From: Malacoraja senta
Taxonomy: Eukaryota
NCBI GenBank assembly: GCA_038087875.1
Contig: JAXLNO010000311.1
Span: forward strand, 62,001 to 114,284
Length of the DNA: 52,284 nucleotides
Direction of reading: 5' to 3'
Shown here: one piece after another, positions 1-10,950 of the stretch
How positions within the stretch are numbered: position 1 is the first letter of the stretch
Layout of the letters: every line of letters starts with the position of its first letter
Program-made: the position numbers and the translations under genes
Notes under the pieces: generated by a model
The model's database searches: none
What the model saw: the letters and a program-made list of their open reading frames with translations, nothing else
What the model was told of the DNA's origin: nothing

Positions 1-142
1 GTACGTTAATTGGCTTGGTATAAAAGGTAAAATTACCCCTAGTGTGTGTAGGGTAGCGTTAAAATGCGGGGATCGCTGGTCGGTGCAGGCCCGGTGGGCT
101 GTAGGGTCTGTTTCCTCACTGTATCTCTAAACTAAACTAAAC
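1..142 (+). mobile_element. 3' half of tRNA-derived HE1/V-SINE-like element
   Basis: Shares the body and (ctaaa)n tail (gtatctctaaactaaactaaac) with many other copies in the window. Confidence 0.75.
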
Positions 143-384
143 ATAGACAATATCTGTCATCCAATCACACACTGGGCAATTTACAAAATTCAATTAACCA
201 ACCAACTCGCATGTCTTTGAGATATAGGAGGAACGGAGCATTTGGTGGAGATCCACGTGTCATACGGAGAACAAGAAAATGATACACGTTGTACCCGAGA
301 TCAGGATTGAATCCAAGTTGCTGTAGCAGAGGGGCACCAATTCTGCCAGTTGCCTCAATGTACTGCCTTTTAAAAAGAATATTC

Positions 385-703
385 AAAGCCTGTCCCACTG
401 TACGAGGTAATTCAAGAGCTCTCCCGAGTTTAAAAAAAAATTAAACTCGTGGTAAGCACGTAGAATGTACATAGCGGGTACGTCGGAGCTCGGGACATCT
501 CCTAGCGGCTCGTAACGCTAACGGCAGGTACTCGGGAAACGCGGTAAGCTCGTGAAGACTCGTGAAGATTTTTCAACATGTTGAAAAAAGTCCACGAGAG
601 CCCCAAGTACCTACGAGCGGCTATTACCGTAATTCTCCGAGTTCGAATCAGGGGAAACTCGGGAGAACTCTTGAATTAGCTCGTACAGTGGGACAGGGCC
701 TTT
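385..703. mobile_element. MITE with ~43-bp terminal inverted repeats (CCTGTCCCACT end; Harbinger-like by inference)
   Basis: 389-431 is the reverse complement of 655-697 with 2 mismatches. No coding capacity; CpG-rich interior; right flank tttaa. Confidence 0.8.
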
Positions 704-746
704 AAGCTGTGTCTGCGTTGTCCATGCACACACTCTCAGGGCAGAA

Positions 747-1053
747 TTAGTTTAGTTTCGTTTAGAGATACAGCGTGGAAACAGGCCTTTCGGCCTACCA
801 AGTTTGCGAAGACCAATGATCCCTTTACATTGGCACTTTCCTACACACACTAGGTACAAATTACAATTTACAAACCAATTAACCTACAAACCTGTACGTC
901 TTTGGAGTGTGGGAGGAAACTGGAGCACCCGGAGAAAACCCATGCGTTCACCCAACATACAAACTCCGTGCAGACCGCACCCATAGTCAGGATCGAACCC
1001 TGGTGTCTGGTGCTATAAGGCAGCAACTCTACCACTGCGCCACCCTGCCGCCC
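747..1053 (-). mobile_element. Full-length tRNA-derived HE1/V-SINE-like element
   Basis: The minus strand starts gggcggcagggtggcgcagtggtagag (A box), contains ggttcgatcc (B box) and ends in a ctaaa-type tail. Confidence 0.8.
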
Positions 1054-1463
1054 TTAAGTATAGATATAGGGAAAGATACAGCAGCCTGAAAACCGTGACA
1101 ACCAGATTCAAGAATAGTCTCTTCTCAGCAATCATCAGGCTCTTCAACACCACACAAAACTAACTTCAGCATCTATGATCATCTACGGACTGTCTTTGAA
1201 TGTAATATGAATTTAGTTTTTTGCACTATTATGATAGTCCAGTATTACAGTTATTTATTTATTGTTATATTGGTTGTTTTATATTATCTCTGTGTTATTG
1301 CAGTTACATGCAGGTGAAGCTGCAGCAAGTCAGAATTTTGTTGTTCTATTGTTGATACATATGACAATTAAACAACTCTTACCTCGCATTTGATTTTGGG
1401 TAAAGCTCACTCCATATTACCCCCACCATACACTCAGGAAAAGTACAAGGAACAAGTACATGT

Positions 1464-2115
1464 TTAAGAAAGAACTGCAGATGCTGGAAAAATCCAAGGT
1501 AGACAAAAATGCTGGAGAAACACAGCGGTGAGGCAGCATCTATGGAGCAAAGGAATAGGTAACGTTTTGGGTCGAGACCCTTCTTCAGACTGATATGGGG
1601 GTGGGGGCGGGAAGAAGAAAGGAAGAGGTGGAGATAGTAGGCTGTGGGAGAGCTTCGAAGGGGAGGGGAAGGAGGGAGAAAGCAAAGACTACCTGAAAAT
1701 GGAGGTCAATGTTCATACCGCTGGGGTGTAAACTACCCAAGCGAAAAATGATATGCTGCTCCTCCAATTTGCGGAGGGTCTTACTCTGGCCGTGGAGGAG
1801 ACCCAGGACAGAAAGGTCGGATTCTGAATGGGAGGGGAGTTGAAGTGCTGAGCCACTGGGAGATCAGGTTGGTTAATGCGGACTGAGCGGAGGTGTTGGG
1901 CGAAGCGATCGCCAATCCTGCGCTTGGTCTCACCGATGTAGAGCAGTTGACACCTAGAGCAGCGGATGCAATAGATGAGGTTGGAGGAGGGGCAGGTGAA
2001 CTTCTGCCTCACTTGGAAAGACTGCTTAGGCCCTTGGATGGAGTCAAGGGGGGAGATAAAGCGACAAGTGTAGCATTTCCTGCGGTTGCAAGTGAAAGTG
2101 CCAGGGGAGGGGAAG
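1464..2115 (-). mobile_element. Penelope-like element 3' fragment (GIY-YIG endonuclease remnant plus terminal repeat)
   Basis: ORF 1713-2012(-) reads FTCPSSNLIYCIRCSRCQLLYIGETKRRIGDRFAQH, a PLE GIY-YIG with a CxxC insertion. It is followed by the common terminal repeat. Confidence 0.85.
1561..1588 (-). ncRNA. Degenerate minimal hammerhead-ribozyme motif in PLE terminus
   Basis: Minus strand reads CTGAAGA-A-GGGT-CTCG-ACCC-AAAA-CGTT; G12 of GAAA is mutated. Confidence 0.45.
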
Positions 2116-2116
2116 G

Positions 2117-2490
2117 TTAAGGAACGGGGCTTCTTCTCTTCGACTGTAGATGAGGCTCTCAGCAGGGTCTCTTCTATATCTCATTGCTCCGCTCTTACTC
2201 CCCATCCCCCCACTCGTGACAAGTCCCCCTTGTCCTCACATTACACCCTACCAGCCGTCACATACAACAGATAATCCTCCGACATATTCGCCACCTCCAA
2301 CGGGATCCCATCACTGGCCACATCTTCTCCCCTTTCAGCTTTCTGAAGAGACTGCACCCTCTGTAACTCCCTGGTCAATTTGTCCCTTCCCACCCAAACC
2401 ACTCCCTCCCCTGGTACTTTCCCTTGCAACTGCAGGAAATGCTACACTTGTCGCTTTACCTCCCCCCTTAACTCCATCCAAGGACCTAGG
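2117..2490 (+). mobile_element. Penelope-like fragment inverted relative to the adjacent copy
   Basis: Homologous to 8400-8680 (HLQRDP..GHIF, PSPGTFPCNCRKCYTC). Directly abuts the minus-strand PLE, an inversion typical of PLE insertions. Confidence 0.7.
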
Positions 2491-3309
2491 CATGCCATGC
2501 TATCCAAACAGATTGGATATACCATACACAGATATAATCAATTAAAAGGGGAATAATATCATGCAGCATAACAATCTCAGCATTGTAGCGCATCAGTTCC
2601 AGTGAGAAACACCAATGATCTCGGTGGATAGAGGTAAATCATACTTACCATAACCTACAGAAAAACTGTTCAGTAGCCAGATAACAGAGGGGAAGAAGCT
2701 GTCGCTGAGGCTGGTGGTACGTGCCTTCAATCTTCTGCACCTTCTGCCAAACGGGAGCCAAACCTATCCATGCCTTTCATAATTTTACATACTTCTATCA
2801 GGGCTCCCCTCAACTAATTGGAGCAGGGAACCAATGTAAGGACTCAGTTTTGGCAATGATACAAAAATAGATGAAATGGCACGATTTAATGAGGAAAGTA
2901 TGATTTTACAACAGGATATAGATAGCTTGAGTGATTAGTCAAAACCTGGCTAATGTGTTTAATGTGGGAAACTGTGAGGTCATGCTGAAGATAGACACAA
3001 AATGCTGGAATAACTCAGCGGGACAGGCAGCATCTCTAGATAGAAGGAATGGGTGACGTTTCTGGTCGAGACCCATTTTCGGACTGTAGAACTCTCGTTG
3101 GAGAGAGGAGAACTTCTTCAAAGTAGGCATACCTTGAGGAGATTTCTCAGTGGAGCAGCCAAATTGTGTAGGAAGGAACTGCAAATGCTGCTTCACACTG
3201 AAGGTAGACACAAAATGCTGGAGTAACTTAGCAGGACAAGCAGCATCTCTAGGTAGAATTGGTGATGTTTCGAGTCATGCTCTTTGGCATAAGGAATCAA
3301 GTCAGCTTG

Positions 3310-3810
3310 CCTCAATCAGTATCAATGGTGCCAAAGTAGAAATGGTTGAGAGCTTAAAATTCTTTGGTGTAAATATTACCAACGAACCTTGATGGACCAA
3401 CCACATTGAAGGGACAGCCAAGAAGGCACACCAATGCCTCCATTTCCTCAGACGACTGAGGAAATTTGGTATGTGTCCAATGACTCTTATCAACTTCCAT
3501 AGATGCACCATAGAAAGCATACTATCAGGTTACATCACAGCTTGTTTTCAGAATAGCTTTGCCCAAGACCACAAGATATTGCAGAGAGGTGTGGATGTAG
3601 CACAGTCCATCACACAGACCAGACTGCCCATCATTGTCTCCATTTACACTTCCTGCCTCTTCAGGAAGACAGCCAACATAGTCAAAGACCTTTCTCACAC
3701 GAGTGATTCCTTTTTTCTCCACTTCCATCAGGCAGAAGATGCAGAGCTTAAAGGTGTAGAGCACCAGACACAGGAACAGCTTCTTCTCCTCTGTTATCAG
3801 GCTTTTGAAT
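3310..3810 (+). mobile_element. Rex1/Babar-type LINE RT C-terminal fragment (degenerate)
   Basis: VEMVESLKFFGVNIT..WTNHI..AKKAHQCLHFLRRLRKFGM..LINFHRCTIESILSG, with stops. Confidence 0.75.
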
Positions 3811-4067
3811 GTTCCATGTGCTAGGACCCATTCCCAATTCTCCTTTACCTCAATATGGCCATTGGATTTTGTCTCTGGAACTGTTGTACAATAATGTTGA
3901 GAGCTATATTCTTCACTCTGTATCTTATCCTTCAGTCTGCCTATTGTACTTGCGTTTGGCTTGATAATATTTATGTATACAACAGCAAACACAATGCTTT
4001 TCACCGTACCTTGGTACACATCACAATAACAAACCTCAAGCTAAACCTTAAATGGTGGATTCTTGTC

Positions 4068-4690
4068 TAAATGGAGAGAGACTGTAACTGAGTGAAGTTC
4101 AGATGGGATCTTGGTATTCAAGTGCATGCATCAAATTAAGTTAGTAGCAGGCCCAGTAACCAATGGAAAAAATGCAGTCTTTACTGCAAAGGGGATGGAA
4201 TTTAAGAACAGGGAAGTTATATTGGAATTATGCAGGATGATAGTGAGTCAATAACTGGAAAACCGCACACAGTTTAACATTAAATAGGGTATAGGAGCAT
4301 TGGATGCAGACCAGGTGAAATTCACCAAACTAAGTCAAGAGATGAAAAGGTTGTCCCATCAAGAGCAGTAAACACTTTAGGTCTCCATTCCTTGGAGTGT
4401 AGAAAGTGATGAGTGACCTTATTCACACATGCAATATCTTAAGGGGCTTTTCATGATAGATGTTGATATGTTTCACTGGTGGGAAAGTCTAAAAACAATG
4501 GGAAACAACTACAGAATAAGGGACCAGTTGTTTAAAAGTGAGGTACATAAAAATTACTTCTTTCAGAACGGTGTGAATTGCTGGAATTCTGTGCCCAGAG
4601 GTGGTGGTGGCTAAGGCATTAGATATGCTTATGAACAGATAGAGAAATCTTTGAAAGATTCAGGCAATTGACGGTTTTGGGGTAAAGGAA
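4068..4690 (+). mobile_element. Old CR1 3' fragment
   Basis: Degenerate similarity to the CR1 ORF2 end (FFQNGVNCWNSVP, compare FTQRVVNLWNSLP). Confidence 0.6.
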
Positions 4691-5015
4691 CAGAGGAGTA
4701 GTCCACTTCTGCTATTTTTACTTGTGTTGTGGACGATTACCCTCATGAATAAAGTTAGAACTTGCAACCAACATTTCAATCAGAGGGGCACAGCAGTGGA
4801 GTTACTTCCTTGCAGTACCTGTGACTCCGGTTTGATCCTGACTAAGGGTGCTGTCTGTACCAACTTTGTATGTTCTCTCTGTGACTGCATGGGTTTTCCC
4901 TGGTGCTTTCGTTTCCTCCCAGTTCCAAAGACCTGCAGGTTTATAGGTTAATTGGCATCTGTAAATTGTCCTATGTGTATAGGATAGAACTGTGTAGGCA
5001 GCATGGTGACGCAAA

Positions 5016-5302
5016 GGGGTGGCACGGAGTAGCAGCGGTAGAGTTGCTACAGTGGCAGAGACCCAGGTTTGATCTTGACCATGGGTGCTGTATGTATGGA
5101 TTTTTTACGTTCTCCCTGTGACCTGTGTGGGTTTTCTCTGGGGCTTCCAGCTTCCTCCCACACTCCAAAGACATGCAGGTTTGCAGGTTAATTGCCCCAG
5201 GTGTGTGTAGGATAGTGTTAGTGTGGGGGGATCACTGGTCAGCACAGACTCAGTGGGCCTAAGGGCCTGTTTCAAGGCTGTACCTCTAAACCAAACTAAT
5301 CT
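5016..5302 (+). mobile_element. HE1/V-SINE-like element (preceded by a partial copy at ~4785-4995)
   Basis: tRNA-like head ggtggcacggagtagcagcggtagagttgct, conserved body, ctaaa tail. Confidence 0.75.
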
Positions 5303-6179
5303 AAGGAGCGGAGGCCAACTGAACAGTGATCATTTTATTGAATGGTGGGACAAGTTTGGTGACTATTCTCAGGGGCTGATAGCCTACTACTGTTCTATTT
5401 CCTCCTGTTCTTGATAGTTCCCCTCATGGAGGAAACTAGACCTTGGAGGCCAAGGTTTCAAACTGAGGAGAAAATTGTTTTATTTTTCTCCCAGATGATA
5501 ACGAATCATGGGAATTTTCAACTGCAGAGTGTAGATTCATTACGTTACTGAGAAGGATGGATTTGTTTCTTTGGGAAGTTGTTGGTTACTGGCTACAGAC
5601 TCTTCTGGTCATGAGTAGATCAGTCATGACCTAATTGAGCTGCAGAACAGACTTTACTCATGGCCAACAAGTACTTCATTTTTCTTGTGATCTCTACAAT
5701 TACCCACTACAATCATTGCACTCTTACTTGTTTATGATTGCACTCACGTATGGTGTATTATGACTGGATAGCATGCAAAACATGGTATTTCACCGTATTT
5801 TTGTACACATTACAATAATAAACTCAACTTTAGGGAGAAGGGAGCAGAATAATGTGGCCTCTATCAGTGGTTGAGTAATATGGACTAAAACATTGGTTTG
5901 GACTAATTCTGCCAGTGGCTTGTGGGCCTATTCCTGCTTCTCCTTTCTTGTGTTCATGTATTTGATGTCTCTTGCTTACTGTGGTCACTGCTGTGAGTTA
6001 TAACTCCAGTAACATAAGCAAATTAGTTCAGCACTATCCGAGCAAAATTAAAAGCATTTTTAAAAATGCAGACTTAAATCTGGTGTAGTGAGGGAGAAAC
6101 ACACACATCTTTGGGTTGATTGAAATGATTTTGGTTAAGAGCTGAAAATTAAAATGAATAGAAATTAACATTTTGACAT

Positions 6180-6476
6180 TAGACATCAGAGGCACATCAC
6201 GGAAGCAGGCCCTTCGGCCCACCGAGTCCTCGCTAACTCCCCGTACAATAGTACTATACCACGACAGGTGACAATTTACAATTTTACCAAAGCAAATTAA
6301 CCTAAAAACCTGTACTTCTTTGAGATGTGGGAGGAAACTGGAGCACCCAGAGAAAAACAATGCAGTCACGCATGGAGATGCAGGGAGAATGTACAAACAC
6401 CGTACAGACAGCACCGTTAGTCAGAATCGACCTGAGTCTCTGCTGCTATAGGCAGCAACTCTACCGTTGCAACACT
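6180..6476 (-). mobile_element. HE1/V-SINE-like element
   Basis: Reverse-complement match to the same SINE body. Confidence 0.7.
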
Positions 6477-6857
6477 GAGGATATCTTGAATTACAAAAGC
6501 AATATTTTGGGCTCATCACCAACCATACCAGCACCTGCATTCTTTATATGGTACATTGATATGGAGTTTATTGCTTTGAAACAGGCCCACAAGCCTGCCC
6601 TGTTGTTCAATACAATCCCTCAGTCATTCCTGATCTGGTTTGATTAGGATGCAAATAAAAGCTTTTCACTATATCACAATACAAGTGACAATAATAAACC
6701 AATACCAATGCTATTGTGTAAGTTCTCCCCATATCTGATAGATAGATCCTTGATAAATTTGTAGACACCATCGCTGTCTATATCCACCACCATTTGCTGC
6801 ACAGTTTCAATGTCCAAACTAGCTTCCAATATAACTGTTTTACAGAATTCCATTTTG

Positions 6858-7380
6858 AGTTGAAAAATACAACATGGAAACAGGCCCTTCAGCCCACCAT
6901 GCTGACCACCGATCACCCCTTCACACTAGTTCAATGTTATCCCACTTTTTTGTCCAATCCCCACACACGCTAGGGGAAATTTACAGATGTCAATTAACTG
7001 ACAAACCCACACACCTGTGGAATGTGGGAGAAAACCAGAGCACCCGGGAAGAACCCAGATGGTCACAGGAAGAAGGAACAAAATCTATACAGTAGCTAGA
7101 CAAAAATGCTGGAGAAACCCAGGGGGTGAGGCAGCATCTATGGAGCGAAGGAATAGTTTTGGGTCAAGACCCTTCTGGGAGGGTTTCGACCGGAAACGTC
7201 GCCTATTCCTTTGCTCCATAGATGCTGCCTCACCCGCTGAGTTTCTCCAGCATTTTTGTCTACCTTCGATTTTTCCAGCATCTGCAGTTCTTTCTTAAAG
7301 AAAATCTACACAGACAATACCAGAGGTGAGGATCTAACGCTGGTCTCTGGTGCTGTGAGGCAGCAGCTCTACCTGCCGTG
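6858..7380 (-). mobile_element. HE1/V-SINE-like element interrupted by a fold-back PLE-derived insert
   Basis: SINE sequence runs to 7092 and resumes at ~7298. Confidence 0.7.
7093..7297. mobile_element. Fold-back (inverted pair) Penelope-terminus insert with ~16-bp TSD
   Basis: Arms ~7097-7156 and ~7203-7262 are reverse complements. Flanks are aacaaaatctatacag (7077-7092) and aagaaaatctacacag (7298-7313). Confidence 0.7.
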
Positions 7381-7574
7381 TACAGTGTTTGGTTTCCTCC
7401 TTTTTGTTCTGCATTGTAATGATTCAAGTCAGGATAGGCATTGGATTTATGGGTCTCCTGAATCATAACATAAGGAGCAGTTAGCAGCACAAGAATGGAG
7501 CGTTATCTGAAACGTAATTACAGTTCCAGGCAACTACGCCCTGCCTTTCCATTCCATTTGCTATAGAGTGCGAA

Positions 7575-7850
7575 AAAACCAAAGTGCTGGAGTAACTCAG
7601 CAGGTCGGGCAACATCTCTGGAGGACATTGACAGGCGCTGTTTCAGATTGGGACCCTACTTCAGACTGACAATAGTCACCTATCCTTTTTCTCCAAAGAC
7701 GCTGCTCGACCCGTTGAGTTACTCCAGCGCTTTGTGTCTATCGTCACCTATCTATGCCCTCCGGAGTTGCGACCTGACCTGTTGAGTTACACCAGCACTT
7801 TGTGTCTTTCGTTGTTGTAAATCGGCATCAGCACCTCCTCATGTCTCCAT
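7575..7850. repeat. Degenerate fold-back PLE-terminus repeats immediately upstream of the promoter
   Basis: aaagtgctggagtaactcagc... followed by two reverse-oriented ...gagttactccagc... arms. Confidence 0.6.
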
Positions 7851-7886
7851 TACAGTCAATTGTTTCCTGCTGGTTCAATGACATCG

Positions 7887-7929
7887 CTCGGCAACTGGTG
7901 ACGACCCGTGGTATTTTGATTCTGATTGC
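7887..7929 (+). promoter_or_regulatory. MHC-type X1-X2-Y (SXY-like) module
   Basis: CTCGGCAACTGGTG (7887-7900) matches the X1 consensus CCTAGCAACAGATG at 9/14. An overlapping CRE half-site TGACG lies at 7899-7903. CTGATTGC (7922-7929) sits 21 bp after X1 (Y box CTGATTGG with one change), ~75 bp before the ATG. Confidence 0.55.
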
Positions 7930-8003
7930 ATGATGAGATCCTGCTTTGATGTTGGTGAAGTTTGGCTCAGTTGCTGCTGTTGATGCGAGAGGTTGTGCGT
8001 GAA

Positions 8004-8055
8004 ATGATGCTGTTCATCTTGTTGAGTTTCTTCCGCGTACAAGGGGCTCAAGCAG
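8004..8055 (+). CDS. MHC class I-like heavy chain, exon 1 (signal peptide)
   Basis: Encodes MMLFILLSFFRVQGAQA+G, a hydrophobic leader ending in A-Q-A. Strong donor CAG|GTAAGT at 8056; phase 1 matches the alpha-1 exon (G+GG=Gly1). An in-frame upstream ATG is at 7983. Confidence 0.7.
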
Positions 8056-8340
8056 GTAAGTTAACGATACTCATTTTATTCGTTACTGGCTAAAAGCGTC
8101 TTGGCTTTATCTCAATCTTGACCGGAGGCGACTGAGTTTAAACAAGCGCGCAATACACATTCAGTCTGGTTCATGGTTCATGCGGACGTTAAAAGGGTTT
8201 AATCTCCCCTGTTTCAGTACAATCCAGACTGGAATTTCTGCTTTGATTTGCACAATGCATCGTTTCCTTTGTGGAAGAAGGAACAGCAGATATTGCTTTA
8301 AACTGATTTTAACTCGTGTAAAACAAACAGGAGCGAGGCA

Positions 8341-9254
8341 CTCACTAGGGTTTCCTCGCTGCTCCGCTCTTTCTCTCCCTTCCCCCCCACATTCGTACCA
8401 AGGACAGAGTCCCCCTTGTCCTCACCTTCCACCCCATCAGCCGTCGCACAGCATATGATCCTCCATCATTTTTGCCACCTCCAACAGGATCCCAATACTG
8501 GCCACATCTTCCCATCTCCACCTCTTTCTGCTTTCCGTGGAGACCGTTCCCTCCGAAATTCCCTGGTCAACTCGTCCTTTTCCACCCAAACCACCCCCTC
8601 CCCAGGTACTTTCCCCTGCAACCGCAGGAGATGCAACACCTGTCCCTTTCCCTCCCCTCTCGACTCCATCCAAGGACCCAAACAGTCTTTCCAGGTGAGG
8701 CAGAGGTTCACTTGCACCTCCTCCAACCTCATCTACTGCATCCGCAGTTGCAGGAGCCAACTTCTCTACATCAGTGAGGCCAAGCACAGGCTCGGCAATC
8801 ATTTCACTGAACTACTCCGCTCTGTCCATCTTAACCTACCTGATCTCCTGGTTGCTCAGCACTTCAACTTCCCCTCCCATTCACAATCTGACCTTTCTGT
8901 CCTGGGCCTCCTCCATGGTCAAAGTGAGGCCCAGTGCAAATTGGAGGAATAGCATCTCATATTTCACTTGGGTAGTTTACACCCCAGCGGTATGAACATT
9001 GACTTCTCTAACTTTAAATTGCCCTTGCTTTCCCTCTCTATCCCCTCCCCTTCCCAGTTCTTCCACTAGTCTTAGGGTCTTCAACTACATTCTATCTTTG
9101 TCCTGTCAACTCCCCTGACATCAGTCTGAAGAAGGGTCTCGACCCGATAGGTCACCCATTCCTTCTCTCCAGAGATGCTGCCGGCCTGCAGAGTTACTCC
9201 AGCATTTTGTGTCTACCTTTGAGTTAAACCAGCATCTGCAGTTCTTTTTTACAC
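8341..9254 (+). mobile_element. Penelope-like element 3' fragment (GIY-YIG remnant plus terminal repeat)
   Basis: ORF 8416-8952 reads PGTFPCNRRRCNTC..FTCTSSNLIYCIRSCRSQLLYISE, followed by the terminal repeat. Confidence 0.85.
9126..9153 (+). ncRNA. Degenerate minimal hammerhead-ribozyme motif downstream of PLE endonuclease
   Basis: CTGAAGA-A-GGGT-CTCG-ACCC-GATA-GGTC, in the same orientation as the GIY-YIG ORF. Confidence 0.45.
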
Positions 9255-9417
9255 AAAGTGCATTGTTTGACAGGTTCATGTTTATGGCCAAATGTGGAAA
9301 GAGAGCGAGGCAGTAGTACAATGCGAAATCAAAAGAAGATTAGCACACACTGTGGATTTTGCTATTGACTGAGTGACAACTCTTAGCTCCAAACGTGCTG
9401 TCGTCACGTTTACGTAG

Positions 9418-10345
9418 TTTATTAATGATTTTGATAAGGGGATTGAATGTTTTGTGGCCAAGTTTGCAGATGATGCTAAAATAGGTGGAGGGGCAGGCAG
9501 TGCAGAGGAAGCAAGGACTTTGCAGAAGGACTTGTTCGAGTTAGGAGAGTGGGCAGAGAAGTGGCAGATGAAATCCAGTATAGCAAAGTGTGGAGACATG
9601 CATTTTGGTAATAAGAATAAAGGCGTAGATTATTTTACGAATGGAGGGAGAATCCAGAAATCGGAGGCACACAGTGACATGGGAGTGTTGGTGCAGGACT
9701 CCCAAAAAGGTTAATTTGCAAATTGAATCGGTAGTCAGGAAGGTGATTTATATCAAGAGGACTGGAATACAAAAACAGACATGTCATTCTGAGGCTTCAA
9801 AAGCGCTGGTCAGGCCACGTTTGGAGTACAGTGTGCAAATTTGGGCCCCCTATCTGAGGAAGGATGTGCTGGCTCTGGTTCAGAGGAGGTTTACAAGAAT
9901 AATTCCATGAATGAGTGGGTTAGCATATGATGAGCGTTTGACAGCACTGGGCCTCTACTCGCTGGAGGTAAGAAGGTTGAGGGGGGAACCTCATTGAAAC
10001 TTACAGAATAATGAAAGGCATAGATAGAGTGGATGTGGAAAGGATGTTTCCACTGGTGAGTGAGTCTAGGACCAGAGGTCATAGCCTCAGAATTAAAGGG
10101 TGCTCTTTTAGAAAGGAGGTGAGGAGGAATTTCTTTAGTCAGAGGGTAGTTAATCTGTGGAACTCATTGCCCCAGAGGGCTGTGGAGGCCAAGTTGGTAG
10201 ATATTTTTAAGGCAGAGATCGACAATTTTTTTATTAGAACGGGTTATCATGGGGAGAAGGCAGGAAAATGGGATTAGGAGGCACAGATCAGCCATAATGG
10301 AATGGTGGAGTAGACTCGATGGGCCGAATGGCCTAATTCTACTCC
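9418..10345 (+). mobile_element. Older CR1 3' fragment (RT end plus 3' UTR)
   Basis: AKFADDAKIGG, LVRPRLEYSVQIWAP and FFSQRVVNLWNSLP appear in broken frames. Confidence 0.8.
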
Positions 10346-10365
10346 TGTAATGTGAACGTGTACAG

Positions 10366-10604
10366 GTTAGGAGAGTGGGCAGAGAAGTGGCAGATGAAAT
10401 CCAGTATAGCAAAGTGTGGAGACATGCATTTTGGTAATAAGAATAAAGGCGTTGATTATTTTACAAATGGAGAGAGAATCCAGAAATCGGAGGCACACAG
10501 TGACATGGGAGTGGTGGTGCAGGACTCCCAAAAAGTTAATTTGCAAATTGAATCGGTAGTCAGGAAGGTGATTTATATCAAGAGGACTGGAATACAAAAA
10601 CAGA
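10366..10604 (+). repeat. Local direct duplication of 9540-9779
   Basis: Near-identical ~240 bp that shares the same idiosyncratic internal deletion. Confidence 0.8.
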
Positions 10605-10950
10605 AAACGCCACCATGTCGCCCGATTTGTAAGAGTGTCAAAGGTCACAGGGAGATGACAGGGGAACGGCACTGAGAGGGAACGATAGGTCAGCCATGAT
10701 TTAATTGTGGAGTAAACTCGATGGGCTGAACAACCAAATTCTGCACCTTTGACTTATGAAGTGAGTCAAAGTTCAGAACATGAGGGATGATCTTTTTATT
10801 TCTCCCCAGACTGGTGTGTCTGGAACAAAATTCAGTTTAAAAATAAGGTTTCAGACATTCTTATGGCACCAAAACATGGTGATACTTGTGTATTGCCTAG
10901 GTTAGGTCTGCTATATGATTTTACCAAGTTGTATGTGAAACGAAGCATTT

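Noticed and set aside
747..1053. tRNA gene suggested by A and B boxes
   Set aside because: This is the head of a multi-copy SINE; there is no complete cloverleaf or terminator.
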